In this document: positions 39,189-52,552 of the stretch, piece by piece
Layout of the letters: each line of letters begins with the position of its first letter
Position numbering within the stretch: position 1 is the stretch's first letter
Source: Parasitella parasitica NRRL 2501
Taxonomy: Eukaryota > Fungi > Mucoromycota
Reading direction: 5' to 3'
DNA length: 64,000 bases
Assembly: GCA_025201805.1 (NCBI GenBank)
Contig: MU619294.1
Coordinates: forward strand, 79,283-143,282
The notes under the pieces: model-generated
The model's input: only the letters and a program-made list of their open reading frames with translations
The model's database searches: none
What the model was told of the DNA's origin: nothing
Translations under genes and position numbers: made by a program

Positions 39189-40804
39189 TTATCCTTCTTG
39201 ACCAAAATCTTGCGTGAAGCTGACATGTTGTTTTATGTCTAAATCATTCACTGTAGGGCGAGAACTCTCCACAGCTTTCAAAAAGTCTTCAACCGTTAAT
39301 TCAGGTTCTAATAATTGATCTGCCTCAATATCCATCAAACTCATAACTTCAGCACAAGGATCTTCAGGTGGACATGGAGTAAAATATTGGCTCGTTGTTT
39401 CTGCGTTTACACGAGATGGAGCAGTGATCTAAGAAATAATATAGTTAACACATAGTACACTATATTAATTCGAAAAAAAAAACTCGTACAACTTTAAAAT
39501 GAGTAGCCATCTGAAGTTTTCGAATAGGTTGCATAAGAGCATCTCTAACCAAGACAGCAATATCTGATCCCGAGTAGCCATTCGTCATGCTGGCCAGCTG
39601 CTTGAACTCTTGTTTCGAGAGTGTGCAAGGCGTGTTACCCACATTAAGAGCAAACAAATTAGCACGGGCATTAGCGTCAGGAAGAGGAATATAAATACGT
39701 CTCTCAAATCTGTAAATAGTCAGCAATTGCAGCGTAAAAATCGACAAAAGAAAATATAGAGTACTGCACCTTCTTCTGATGGCAGAATCAAGCTGCCAAG
39801 GTATATTCGTGGCACCGAGTACCAAAACTCCATCCATATCATTTCCTACACCGTTCATCTGTACCAAGAATTCTGTCTTGATACGACGAGAAGCTTCTGA
39901 TTCGCCCTCACCTCTCGAGCCACATAGAGAGTCAACTTCATCAATGAAAACAATAGCAGGTTTGCTCTCTCTAGCCATTTGAAACAGCTGCTTGACTAAT
40001 CTTTCACTTTCACCAAGCCATTTTGAAACTAAATCAGAAGACGATACAGAGAAAAATGTCGCATTTGATTCTGTGGCCACTGCTTTTGCTAGATATGATT
40101 TACCCGTACCAGGAGGTCCGTAAAGTAAAATGCCTCGCCAAGGTTTACGTTGACCAGTGAAAAGATGAGGAAATTTTATGGGGAGTATAACCGCTTCTTT
40201 CAAAGCTTCTTTTGCTAGTTCTAAACCAGCAACATCGTTCCAGCCCACATTTGGTTTTTCAGTCAAGATTGCACCAGATAGATTGGCTCTCATTTTTTTC
40301 ATATCAGCATCATCATCCTCGTTAGCTCCTTCACTAAATGAACATGTGGTATGATCAGCATAGTTGTATACTTGGCTTGCATATCCACCTTACACTTTTT
40401 TCGTCTTCCCAGCAGCTGGACTCTTATTAGCTGGGCTATTCCCCTTATTTTGCTTGGTATTTTCGTCTTGCGTATTTAGAAAAGTCTTTAGAGTTTCAGC
40501 TCTATCCAAGTACTCGACAAGCTTTGCGCGAATACGTTCCTTTAATTTATCGTTTTTTTCATCTAAAAGAATATTAACTCACACGATTTGACAATATACG
40601 CTAAGGTCTACATACATGTGATAGCTGCCATGAAGTATTCCAAGCATAATTGATACGAGTTGTAAGCGTCTTCATAATTTTTATTGCGGTCTGCTTCGGT
40701 TGCTTTATTAGCTAAATCAATCGCTTTCTATTAAATGCATGAATAAATCAAAACGTAGAAACTCTATATGAGTTAGTTACCGAAAGAAAATCGGTATTGG
40801 ACAT
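39189..40804 (-). CDS. VPS4: Vps4 AAA-ATPase (MIT + AAA + Vps4_C)
   Basis: MIT N-terminus [68 protein letters not shown] and C-terminus FTQDFGQEG*. Confidence 0.98.
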
Positions 40805-41161
40805 GGTTTAAAGAGGAAAATGCAAAAAGTTCTACGATTCCCCTGGGGCAATAGATTGTTTGCACAAGTGCAGAGCTAAAAAGTCACAAGACTTCTCTCT
40901 CGTTCATGTAAATCGTACATGCCTGAATTTTTAGAAGTAAAGTCTATAATCAATAAATTGTATTCTTTGATATCTTCACACTGCGTATTTTTGATCCAAG
41001 AGAATGTTGATTGGTATTATGGCATTAATTGATACCACAAACCACGGTTTTAAACTTGGAACGACGAGTAATTTGAAGATGTACAAAGAGAGTCCCAATC
41101 ATCTTTTGAGTTAAAAATCAAAAAGCCAAACTTTCTAAACTTTCTCCTTCCTTTGTGAGAA

Positions 41162-43507
41162 ATGTCAGAAAATAAAGAGGCGGGTCCATCTCAACCTGAG
41201 GCAGGTGCAAATCCTGGACAAAAAAAGAGCTTTATGCAAAAATATGGTGGCTCGATTATTCAGATGGTGCTCTTTTGGTTGATTATGAAGGTTGTAACCG
41301 CAGGTAATCTTGAAAAAAGGAATAATTACAGCATTCAATTAAATTACCTGATAAAGGCTTCAATAAACCATCAAACGAGATGATAAATAATAACGTTCCT
41401 ACTTCGGAAAATGGCATACCTGTTGCTGCTAAACCTACGTTTATCCCTGGCTCAGCAACACTTCGCGATTATACCCAGGGAATTCCAAACCATGTTTTTT
41501 ATTATCCTCATCCTAGTATTCCTCTCTCTGACCTCCCAGAAACTTTTGTGCCTCTTTGGCAATCAGGCGTTCCTTTGGAAGTTTCTATCTTTGTCAATGA
41601 AGACGAATATTTTACGGATTATCAAGCGACACCTAGTTTCAAGGCTTCTGGTATTAATTACGGCCAACAGTTCGAACCTAAAGAACATCGTATTGAAATT
41701 CCTACAACTAAGGTAAGAGCATACCTTTACTATTGAAGACCAGATTATCAACTACATTATACATAGAGCATGCAACATAACGGAACCGTGTATGCTCATG
41801 TATTTATCACTCAACATGGAATACCGATTGATCCAAACGATGAATTGTTCAATGCGGATTCAACCGTTTATTATAGACATGGTAACACATCATAAAATCA
41901 AGCATCAGTAGATTAATGTCACCCGAATTAAAATTATATTTCTTTAGTTTTGACCAAATTTTATCCTGCCAAGACAATTGTCAAACAAAAGAATCTTTTA
42001 AAGAAAGGAAGCGAGGAAGAAAAACAAGAAGCTACCGAGAACAAAAAAGACGACAATAGCCTGCAAGCTGAACAAGTAAATTCATGACTTGGTCCGCATT
42101 TTACTTTATTTGATATTGATTGATTTCATAGAAAACTACTCCTACCCCAGGCATCGCAGGCCTTGGGGCAGGTATTTTGGGAAACTTGACTCGCCGGGCT
42201 CCTTTGGTAGCCTATTGGCAACAAAACGTAACAATTTCTCTACTTAGTGATGCAAAAAACGTACTTCCAAAGACTGGTTTGCAACCTCCAGTTATCAAAT
42301 GTAAAACTATGAAACTATCAGCATATGTATTGGATTTTTTAAACAACTATATTCTATGTAGATGTTCAATTTGATCATAGGCTTACCCGTAGTCCCTCTG
42401 GAAAACAAGGATTTTATAGACCAATTTTATTTCCCAACGATTTCTGGGCTTTGCAACAGAACGCTTTTGCTGTCAACGAGTCAGTTCACAGTTTGCCGCT
42501 GAATATCCGTATTGAACCTATCTCCATGTGGAAATTCAACATTTTTGCATCTCTCGATGATTCAATGAAGCAACAGGCCAATAGTCCAATCGGTGGCATG
42601 AGTTCAGGGGATATGGACGAAATTAAGCGCATGTTTTTAGAGACAAATCCTGTCCTTCTGGGTACGACAATCGCTGTCAGTTGCTTACATTCTTTATTCG
42701 AGATGCTTGCCTTTAAAAACGACATTGCTTTTTGGAAGAAAAAACAAAACAGTGCTGGTATCTCAGTTCGAACATTGATTGTAAATATTTTCTTTCAAAT
42801 TGTCATCTTTCTGTATTTACTGGACAACAATCAAGAAACTTCATGGATGGTCCTGATCAGCCAAGGTTTTGGTCTGGCTATTGAGTTGTGGAAAGTGTTT
42901 AAAGCCCTCAAATATGAACTAGTCTGGACTCCTGGATCACTTTTGCCTTCGTTGGGACATCAAAAAACCGAACAAACCGAAGAAGAAGACGATACTGCCC
43001 AATACGATGCTATTGCATTCAAATACTTGAAATGGCTTTCGTACCCCTTGTTGGCAGGTTATGCAGTTTACTCATTATATTATGATGAGCATAAAAGTTG
43101 GTATTCCTATGTCCTCAAGACTTTGGTAGAATTTGTCTATATGTTTGGTTTCATCACCATGTTACCACAATTGTATATCAACTATAGACTCAAAAGTGTT
43201 GCCCACATGCCATGGAAGACCCTGATGTACAAATCGTTGAATACATTTATTGGTAAATCGCTTGAAAAATTGTATTGTCAACATCGCACTAATTGTTCTT
43301 CCTGTAGACGATTTGTTTGCTTTTGTTATCAAAATGCCAACTTTGCATCGACTTGCTTGTCTTCGTGATGATTTTGTATTTTTCGTTTATCTGTATCAAA
43401 GGCATGCCTACAAGGTTGATCACACGCGAGCAAATGAGTATGGACAAGTTGGCGAAGAAGTGACAGAAGAGGATAAAAAGAATAAGGAAACCAAAAAGGA
43501 TAAATAA
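41162..43507 (+). CDS. CLPTM1: CLPTM1-family multi-pass membrane protein (lipid scramblase)
   Basis: FYRPILFPNDFW, DEIKRMFLETNP, LHSLFEMLAFKNDIAFWK, PQLYINYRLKSVAHMPWK..YKSLNTFIDDLFAFVIKMPTLHRLACLRDD, YKVDHTRANEYGQ. Confidence 0.95.
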
Positions 43508-43593
43508 AAAAAACAAGAATGTCTTGGGGAGGATTTATTTGAGATGCTTTTTCGTATCTGATCCAAGCTGAAATCCTTCTTTATCTTACACAT

Positions 43594-43935
43594 TTAAATA
43601 CGTTCAAGAGCTTCCATAATCGAGATACTGTTTCCACGAATAACCTACAAACATGTATAAAATCTTAGCGGAATTGACGATGATTGTAACCGGAATGCAT
43701 CATACCACCATGCCAATGTTATGCTTTTCAGTTGCACTGATTTCTTCGACAGTTTCATCCAAGACAATGTTCATAAAAGGATCAAATCCACGAAGAACAC
43801 CAGTAACCTTGCGGTTTCCATTCAACTGAAGCGAGAGGCGCTTATCCATGTATCTAACATACCAAATGATCAGTTATTGTTGAATTTGATTGTATAGTCT
43901 TACTTTTTCAATTCTGGTGTGGTAGTTTTTCCCAT
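43594..43935 (-). CDS. SMX2: Small nuclear ribonucleoprotein Sm G (3 exons; not in ORF track)
   Basis: Spliced: [47 protein letters not shown]...[20 protein letters not shown]. Confidence 0.96.
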
Positions 43936-44331
43936 TGTATGTTAAAAATCAAAGCGCGTTGATGTGATTATTATATCTCTCAACTTGTTGATGAAGAAAA
44001 GAAAGGAGGGCGAAGCAAAAGTTTTTTTTTTATTTTATTTTTTACTCAGGCTTTTACCTACCATCACCGCCACTCGATTGACAGTATTGCTTTGACTTGA
44101 TGGGTCAGATCTAAATATGAATAAAAATACAATAAAAATAGGAACTATTGGTGACCACATATGCTATTCAATATAACGGCATAACATCTTGTACTTGTAC
44201 TTGATAGAGAGATTAATACATTAGTTGTGAAGCCATCATCTTCAGAAGCATTACAACGCCGACGTAAATTCCAGCAAGAAGTTAAACACTTGTTTTCTAT
44301 TACTTTATTCCCTACCCCTACACTTTTTAAA

Positions 44332-44596
44332 ATGGCTAAAGCAAACAAATTTTACACTTTTCTGATAATGTGTAGTGGCATGGCTGCTGGAAGTACAGTT
44401 GTAAACAGAGTAACTACTTGCGCTAATATATGTTTAGACGCAGGTTATGCTAAATTCTTTTTTTTTTATTTATTTAATCGTAGGTCTTGAAACCAGACAT
44501 GGTAAGCATATATACAATCTATTCTGTTCATAAACACTCACCCAATATCTGCAATAGTCTATTCCAAAACTCCAGCTCCCCAAGGAATCCGAATAA
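44332..44596 (+). CDS. 44-aa microprotein resembling BRAWNIN/UQCC6 (C12orf73, DUF4516), 3 exons
   Basis: Exons 44332-44409, 44484-44501 and 44558-44596 (GT-AG, phase 0) give MAKANKFYTFLIMCSGMAAGSTVVNRVLKPDMSIPKLQLPKESE*. It matches the M.AG..VV.R..(K/R)PD(L/M).IP signature. Confidence 0.75.
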
Positions 44597-44941
44597 AATA
44601 CCTGCCATCTCATATATTTATGAAGGTTAAGCAATGTGAAATATAACTATAATTGATATTATCAAAGCGCCAGCTATTTTTATTGTGAGATTACTCAAAG
44701 CAATTCTTCGAATGCGTGCCAACAAGTTAAAATCTTCTAAAGCTTGAGCAAATTAGCCGGATACAACTGAAAAATAAAAATAACCCCCCCCCCAATATAC
44801 TGTCAAATAACGGTTCAAGATTGTGATGTCCACAGAAGTGCACAAGTGGCAATCCTGGTGCATCAAAAGTTTTCGGTGCACCAAAAATTTGCTTGTAATT
44901 ATAGAACAGTCAACTTCTTTTTTTATCTTCAACAAAAACTC

Positions 44942-45628
44942 ATGTCTACTGGAAATAAGCGTATCAAGGGAATAAGTGTACCAAGGCCTTTCTATTATGG
45001 CAGCATCGCTTATCCATTAAACGGGAAAAAGGCATCAGATGCAGATCATACTCATAAATGGACTGTGATGGTCAAAGGACTTGATAACGAAGATCTTGGC
45101 TATTACATCAAAAAAGTAGTGTTCAAACTACACGAAACATATCCGAATCCGTTAAGAAGTAAGTATGTTTCCGCGCTAAAGGCACACAGTAGCTAATGCA
45201 TACCGAAAGGTGTTGATCAACCCCCTTTCGAGGTGTCAGAAACAGGCTGGGGAGAATTTGAAATCATGATCAAGATCCATTTTCATAGCATTGCCAGCGA
45301 AAAACCTGTCGTTCTTTACCATCATTTACGACTTCATCCTTACGAAGATGACGTTAATGGACAGCCTTGGCCGAAGGATAAGCCTGTGATGAGTCTATTG
45401 TATGACGAATTAGTCTTTAACGAACCTACAGAATCTCTATACCAAGTTTTTTCGGAACATAATGCTTTGAATGTCAATTTACCCAACAAAAAAAGCATAA
45501 AAGACTCTGCATCGCCATTGTTTAGCACCCAACTGGAGCAAGAAGAAAATGAACGGTTGGATAACGCACAACAAGAAATCAATTCGCAAATTTCAGCATT
45601 GAAGCAGAAAATGGCTTTATTTGATTAA
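44942..45628 (+). CDS. YAF9: YEATS-domain protein Yaf9 (NuA4/SWR1)
   Basis: KRIKGISVPRPFYYGS, DHTHKWTV, IKKVVFKLHETYPNPLR|..PPFEVSETGWGEFEI, HHLRLHPY and a C-terminal coiled coil. Confidence 0.96.
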
Positions 45629-45663
45629 TGTACATACAAGGTTCTTTTTAACTAAATAATAAA

Positions 45664-48375
45664 TCAAGCGCTTTTCATGAAATTGCTGGGGATAGAGGCA
45701 GCCGTAGACCAGGTTTGTCTGTATTCGTCGTAAACAGCACCAAACCACCATGATTCCTGCGCCACATCAGCTTCAAGAATACCCATTAAATTGTTTGCTT
45801 TGAATGTGAGTTCATCATCTTGGCCATCATAATCATACTTTGCACGAGCTGTATGTTTAATCGAGTTTAGTAAATCAAACAATGTAAATCGCAAAGTTTA
45901 TACTAACCCCAGAATCGAATTGGCCTTCGATCTGCGTATTGTGATGGCCTTGATGGTATGGGATGGGTCCCATTTGTGGGCGGTGGCAGAACACCACCGG
46001 GAGAAACGCTTCTTAAAGTAGCATACGACATGGATGGAGATAGCTCGAGATTGGTAGATATGGGCGGCGGTAATGTACCTCTTAGTGATTGCATGGGCTG
46101 CATCATGGGCGAATGAATCGGCGGTATCATGGATGAATGCATTGGTTGCATCATGGGTGAGTGCATTGGCTGCATCATGGGCGAATGCATTGGTTGCATC
46201 ATGGGTGAATGCATAGGTTGCATCATAGGCGAGTGTATTGGCTGCATCATTGGGGACCTCATAGGCTGCATCATTGGAGACTTCATAGGCTGTATCATGG
46301 GCGAGCGAGTTGGTTGGAATTGCTGCGGATGAGAGCTCTGTTGATATCCGAGATTGTGGTCTGGTGAATTTTGCTGCTGTGCTGGCGAACTATACAAGCT
46401 ATTTTGAACGTCTCTGAATATCTGTTGCGCCGGAGGCCGTGGTGATTTTGGAGCAGTTACTGGGGGCGTTAGCGGCTCAGGTGTAGAGCGCAGTGATGTA
46501 TTTGTAGAGTAAGTCTCTGATGGTTCTTGCGCATCATGATTTGTTCTATGGGCGAGTCGTCTAGATGGAATGGAGCCAGCATCAGGTTTATACTCGGATG
46601 GCTGTCTCCTGGACTTTGCTTGATCACTGACAACGGCGTTAGGGTGTGGAACACTTTTGGCATCTTCAGTTACAGTGGATTTTGGTTTTTCAAATGATTT
46701 CAAAAGAATATCCAAGGAACCAGAGGCTTCAGGTTTGTATGCAGGATTGTCTCCTCTGGTTGAAGAATACGCTGGATTTTGTGGCTCCACTTTACTTTGT
46801 TGGCGAGTCAAAGACATTTCGCCCCAAGCTTGCTTCATTAATGACTCATCAAGCGGCTTTCTTTTGATCTGACCTCGACTGGCAGTGCTTTCCATATTTT
46901 TGCTTACATGTCCTTTGATTTGATTATTAAATCCGTTTCTTGATGTGAGAGTATTTCTCTTCTCGTCTGTTGTTGAGGCGGTAGATGCTTCACTCAATTG
47001 TTGTTGCTGCTTCTTTTTCGCACCTTCCAATTCATTCTTCTTCAAAGACTCTTGCTTACTTTTTTGTCTTGGGTCTATACTCACTTTCTCTGCAACGTTC
47101 TCCTCTTGTTCCTGAGCATGTTGATCTTTTTGTGCAGACTTTGACACCTGTTTTAACTGCGACTGTACGCCTTGCTGACGGGCTGATTTTGATGGCGGCT
47201 TTGGAGGATTGTTTTCAATAGAAGTTCTTTCTGCTTGATTCTTCTTCTTTTGTTCTCCCCACAACTCGTCCACATACTCTTTCGTGGCTATAAATAACAC
47301 ATCTAAGTACGCTTACAGTCTGCTACATTAAATATTGTCTTACTTGGGATTTCGGTGCCTGTGGCGAATAGTGATATACATTTTTCAATCTCTTGGTCAA
47401 CATGGCATTTTTCTAATTGTTGGCGAATATTTTCACAGCACTATTGCAAAAAAAAAAAAAAAAAAACTCCCCATTAGGACAATGCCAACAATATTCGATA
47501 TATTCATCGTAGTACCTCGTCTTGAATAAGCAGCGTAGCTGACACTTGGTTTGCATAATCCCATACATTACACTTTAAAAACTCGACTCGATCTTTTTCC
47601 ATGGCCTCCATAACCTATTTATTTATATTAATGCTGAATTTATGCTTGAGAGTAGAAAAGCCACGTTACCTCACAAGCTTCTTCCCAAGCTGAATTCCAT
47701 TCTTGAGCAATTTCATTGACCTTAATCGCCATATCCTTATACTCATTTTCTATGGTCGTGCAAAGAAAACTGTTTAGTATTATCTTTTTTTTCATTCTTG
47801 GCAAAACTTACTCAAAGCTTCCAGAGTAGGAGTGGATTTCCCTTTTGAGATGTCGTGCTCTTTTGTATATTGAGCTCTAACCTAGGAAAGAAGATGCTTG
47901 CTGTGAGTGCCATTTCTCTCTTTGCATGCATATAAATGTCTACCTTGAGCAACTGGAGAATCTTTTCCTTTCGATGCTGATATAATTCATTCAGAGATGC
48001 TGTCCATTTTGATAATAACTCTCTATATTCTGTCAGCTTGGTGTGACATTTAGCAGCGACTTGGGTCGCTAATGCATCAGATAGATCCAAATGAGTTGTC
48101 GCCGTCCTGTTCAATTCTGCTGAAACTGCACCGTAAGCAGCGGACACACCCCCAGCATCCTCTTGTCCTTTATTTTTGCTATACAACTGCAATAATTTTT
48201 CTCCAAATTCGCTTTCCAAAATTGATCTTTGAACATAAATTTCGTGAATCATTTCGAGGTCTTGGTGCGTCGAGTTCATGTAGTTCAAAAGTGTCTCCAT
48301 TCCTGATTTATCCTTTGACCAAAAATGATCAATAAAAGATGCTTGTTCCTCTTGCTGTTGAACGTTTGGAGGCAT
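45664..48375 (-). CDS. PCH-family F-BAR + SH3 protein (Cdc15/Hof1/Imp2-like)
   Basis: FCH start SFIDHFWSKDKSGMETLL...YVQRSILESEFGEKL, a long S/P/Q-rich linker and a C-terminal SH3 ARAKYDYDGQDDELTF..WWFG..SIPSNF. Confidence 0.85.
46089..46304 (-). repeat. 24-bp coding tandem repeat, 9 x (SPMMQPMH)
   Basis: Seen directly in ORF 45903-47300. Confidence 0.95.
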
Positions 48376-48532
48376 TTTGTGATTTACTGGAAGAAAAAAA
48401 GAGAGAATAGTAAAACGAATCAAGTTAAATATGTCGTAAATGAAAACAAAAGGCTATATTTGGACAAAGGTGATACTAGCATAGCTTAATTTGGACAATG
48501 AAAAATAATGTTTTAATATTATATGAATACAT

Positions 48533-49218
48533 TCAAGGATTATTATTAGAATTATTATTATTTGGCGTATTATTGCCCTGCTGTTGTTGGAAATTCATCA
48601 TATTGTTCCTCTGTTGAGCTGCTGCTGCCGCCGCCGCCGCCTGTTGTTGGAATTGTAAATTCATTTGAAATTGTTGTAGTCCCTGAGGTTGTTGTCCTAG
48701 CAATGCCGCTGCACTGATATTAGGCGTACCAGCTCCAGGGGCCGTCGATAAACCGGGCGTACCTGGTGTTGCTGTTGCTGCCGCTTGCTGTTGAGCTGCT
48801 GCTGCTTGCAATGCTGCTGAATTGATCATGTTTGGATTAAGTCCTGCCATCATCGCTGAACGATTCAAATCTTGTACATTACGCATCATACCACTATTTT
48901 GTCTCATTGCTTGGAGTGCTGCCAGCTGCTGTTGAGTTAGAGGTCCCTGTCCTCTTCCTCTTCCTCTCATTGCATTCAAGTTTCTTTGCATCATCAGTTG
49001 CTGAAGCATCTGTGCTTGCTGAGGATTGATCTGTGCATTAGCCGGCGAGCCCTGCTGCGTTACTTGTTGAGCTTGTTGCTGTGGTGTGCCTTGTTGGCTA
49101 GGTATTTGATGAGCAGATACTTGTGGAGTGCGTCCAGCTTGGGCAACAACACGAGCTTGTGCTTGTTGTAATGCCTGTTGTTGGGCTTGTTGCTGCGCTT
49201 GTAGCTGTGCTTGCTGCT

Positions 49219-49255
<37 letters not shown>

Positions 49256-50297
49256 CTGTTGATGATGATGAGCTTGGAGAATACCTTGCTGTAATTGCTG
49301 CAATTGTCTAATTTGAATTTGCAGTTCCTCAGGGGATATACTTCTTTGTTGGGCAAGCTGAGCTAAATGATTGCGACGTACCATCAGCACGCCCATCTGT
49401 TGCTGATGTTGAGGGCTCATTTGAGCTAGTAACTGTGAAGCAGCGATGCTAGCCTGCGACTGTGCAGGGTTCTGAACTTGTTGCTGCTGTTGTTGCATCC
49501 TTTGCTGGACGGGCGATTGCTGATTAAACTGCTGCTGCTGCTGCTGCTGCTGCTGAACTTGCTGCAAAGCTTGCTGCTGCTGGGCGGCTGCTTGCTGTCT
49601 TTGTAAATTTCCAGAATTAGCCAACTGGCTAACCAACTGCTGAGCAGTAGCGAGGGGTATAGCACCTGTAGCAACTAATTGCTGGATTCTTTGTAACGAA
49701 GCCTGTGGGTTAATTTGACCATTACTTCCGCTCAAAGCTTGCTGAAGAGCAGCTTGTTGTATGCTTGACATTCCTGGTGGCTGTGTTTGTCCAGATGTCA
49801 TGTTATTATTGACGTTTGTAGGTAACATGTTGGAGATTTGGGAAGTTGGAACTGATGTTTGGACAGCTCTTTGAGGTAAAGCCATGGATTGCATAGAAGC
49901 TTGCTGCTGTTGCTGCTGTAACGCGGCCATATGCTGGGCTGATAATTGAGCTTGTGCCTGAGTAGGAGTTTGTTGTTGTGATTTTACCCCATTGCCAGGT
50001 AAAGCTAGTGATTGACGAGGTAAGGACGCAGATTGTTGTAAAGGTGTTGAATGAGATATCGTAGGTGTACTCAAATGTGATTGAGATGGCGTAGAAGCTC
50101 TTGATTGTGCTGCCTGTTGTTGTAATTGCTGCATATGGGCTTGAGATTGACTTTGAGCAAGAGCTTGGGCTTGGGCTTGTGCCTGTGCTTGTGCTTGTGC
50201 CTGTGCTTGTGCCTGTGCCTGAGCTTGAGCTTGAGCTTGAGCTTGAGCTTGAGCCTGTGCCTGAGCTTGAGCTTGAGCCTGGGCCTGAGCTTGAGCT

Positions 50298-50332
<35 letters not shown>

Positions 50333-50375
50333 TTGAGCCTGAGCCTGAGCTTGAGCCTGAGCCTGAGCTTGAGCT

Positions 50376-50410
<35 letters not shown>

Positions 50411-52304
50411 TTGAGCCTGAGCCTGAGCCTGAGCTTGAGCCTGAGCTTGAGATTGTACTTGGGCCTGTGATAAAGCATTTTGCTGCTGTTGTTGGGCCTG
50501 AGCTTGAGCCTGGGCCTGAGCCTGAGCAAGTAAAGCTCTTTGGTGTGGAGGAAGCATTGCAGCTTTTGCTTGCATAGCACGGTTTTGTTGAGCATGTAAT
50601 TGTTGCAATTGGAAATTGGTAGCTTGTTGCTGTTGAGCCTGTTGACTTGTTTGATGCTGTATACTTGTAGGTATACGTGCTGAGGATGGTGATGGTGGAA
50701 CAATATTGACGTTTGAATTATCACAAACGATTGTATTGAATTGACCATACGTTGATTTAAGATGAATAACATATGTTTTCATCAAGAATTCAGGGCCAAT
50801 GTTGAAGTCAATATTGCCTCCATTGACACTCGTATCATGTATGGTACCCCAACGAAAGATGCCGTCGTAATCCCCGTTATATACATAGATATTAACAACT
50901 GTATACACTTTTTTGTCTGCTTCTGATCTTTCAAATCGAATGGTCCGTACACATTTTCTACCATCTGGTAGTAAAGGTGGCTCACTGACGCTTTTTCTAC
51001 CTTTCCCTTTTTTGATATCGATAGCTGACAATGGTTCTGATCCTTGTTTGCTTTTCTTTGTTCTCCAATCTTGCACAAACGATATTTTTCCAAAGCTTGG
51101 TTCGAAAGGAAATGCACGTTTTGCTCTCTGTGTGCGCATAAAATCTTGAGAATGATGTGGTATTCCATCCAAAAACTACTTACCGAATCCATCAATGTCA
51201 TTAATTTATTATTCTCTGCCTTCTTTGCTAGTTTTTGTTCTCTTTCAACAGAATTGTATTTATATTTTCGCTTTGGTCTTCTCTTTCCATTCGTAAATTC
51301 CAATGCGTTGCTAATACGAGTTACTTGAAATGTTGGATCTAAGCATAACGGCTCTTCTGTGGCAATCTATATTGGTAAAAAAAAAAAAGGGGGGGGGGAA
51401 CAGTTTGTAAATTTTGTCGTTTATTCACGGATAAAACCTACAAGAATTTGTGCTTCGACTTGTAATGCGATGCTTTCTGTCCATGGAAATCCCCATTCCT
51501 CGCTCAATAAAGTGATGTCTGTCCATATACTTTCTGCTGTGGGTTTCATTACAATTCGTTTCATAGATGCTTCGTTTTTCTGAACTCGATGATCGTGGAT
51601 TTCAACAATCAAACAACCTAATGCTCACATGAGTAAAGCTTTCTTGAATGTGCGCGAGTTTGGACTCTTTTTACCATCGTAATATCGACATGACGCTTCA
51701 TCAAAAACATCCATCAAGTCACCAGGTAATCGTTTCTCTTTGATACAGGCCAGAAAATCCTAATGAAATCAATTTAGTCACGTTAGATCCAATATAAAAT
51801 ATAGTATACCAACCTTGAACTGGCTTTTGTATGAAAAGAAGCCATCCTAAAGCAAAAAGAGACTCGATCAGAAAAACTGGCATTTGGTAACCATCATTCG
51901 CACAAACCTCATGCTCAAATTTGAAATATGTTGGATATAAATGAAGGCAGAGAGACGGAGGATCTTTTTCATGGAGTTTAAGTAATTCTGTTTGTACATT
52001 GTTTAGTTATGAGTTTCTTGTCATCCTTATTGAACAATCAATTACCTTTCTCGCCTCTGGAAGGCGGAAACTTTGGTAAACAAAAGTTAGTTGGCATAAT
52101 ATTACACAATAAACCTTCATTTACTTTGTTTTGTGTTGCTTGTGATGTTAGAGCTGATTGATGCCATCGCTGTGCAGCTAGGCCCGCCTTTTTTGCAAGC
52201 GAAGAATTGGATAAATTGGAGCCTTGCTTCGAATGAAGTTCTGCTAATTGTGCAATCGAGTTTTGGTCTGCTTGAAGTTTGGCAAACACTTTAGCAGAAG
52301 CCAT
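48533..52304 (-). CDS. SPT20: SAGA subunit Spt20 family protein with long Q/QA-rich C-terminus
   Basis: [88 protein letters not shown] (Spt20 SEP domain). Confidence 0.9.
50161..50450 (-). repeat. Hexanucleotide microsatellite encoding ~48 x (QA)
   Basis: CAGGCT/CAAGCT units grading into CAGGCA/CAAGCA units. Confidence 0.97.
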
Positions 52305-52552
52305 ATTTAATTATTTAATTATTTCTATTGAGTTGAAGAGAGCAGATGTTGATACTAGCTTTGTAGTGAAATAGAGTCCTCTCCCCTCGCAATTATTTAT
52401 AGTCAATATTTTACAAGTGTATAATAATAACAAAAAGCAAAAGTAGCGGTGAATGGAGACGAGTGGTAGCGAGGATGGATCGAATATCACGTGATCTACA
52501 GAAGACCAGTTACTTGAACAACAACAAAAACGTAAAAATAAAGGTATTTATA

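Noticed and set aside
50071-50772. Long alternative-frame ORFs (LRLRL, EPEPE, SLSLSL)
   Set aside because: By-products of the stop-free QA hexamer repeat in SPT20; no evidence of independent coding.
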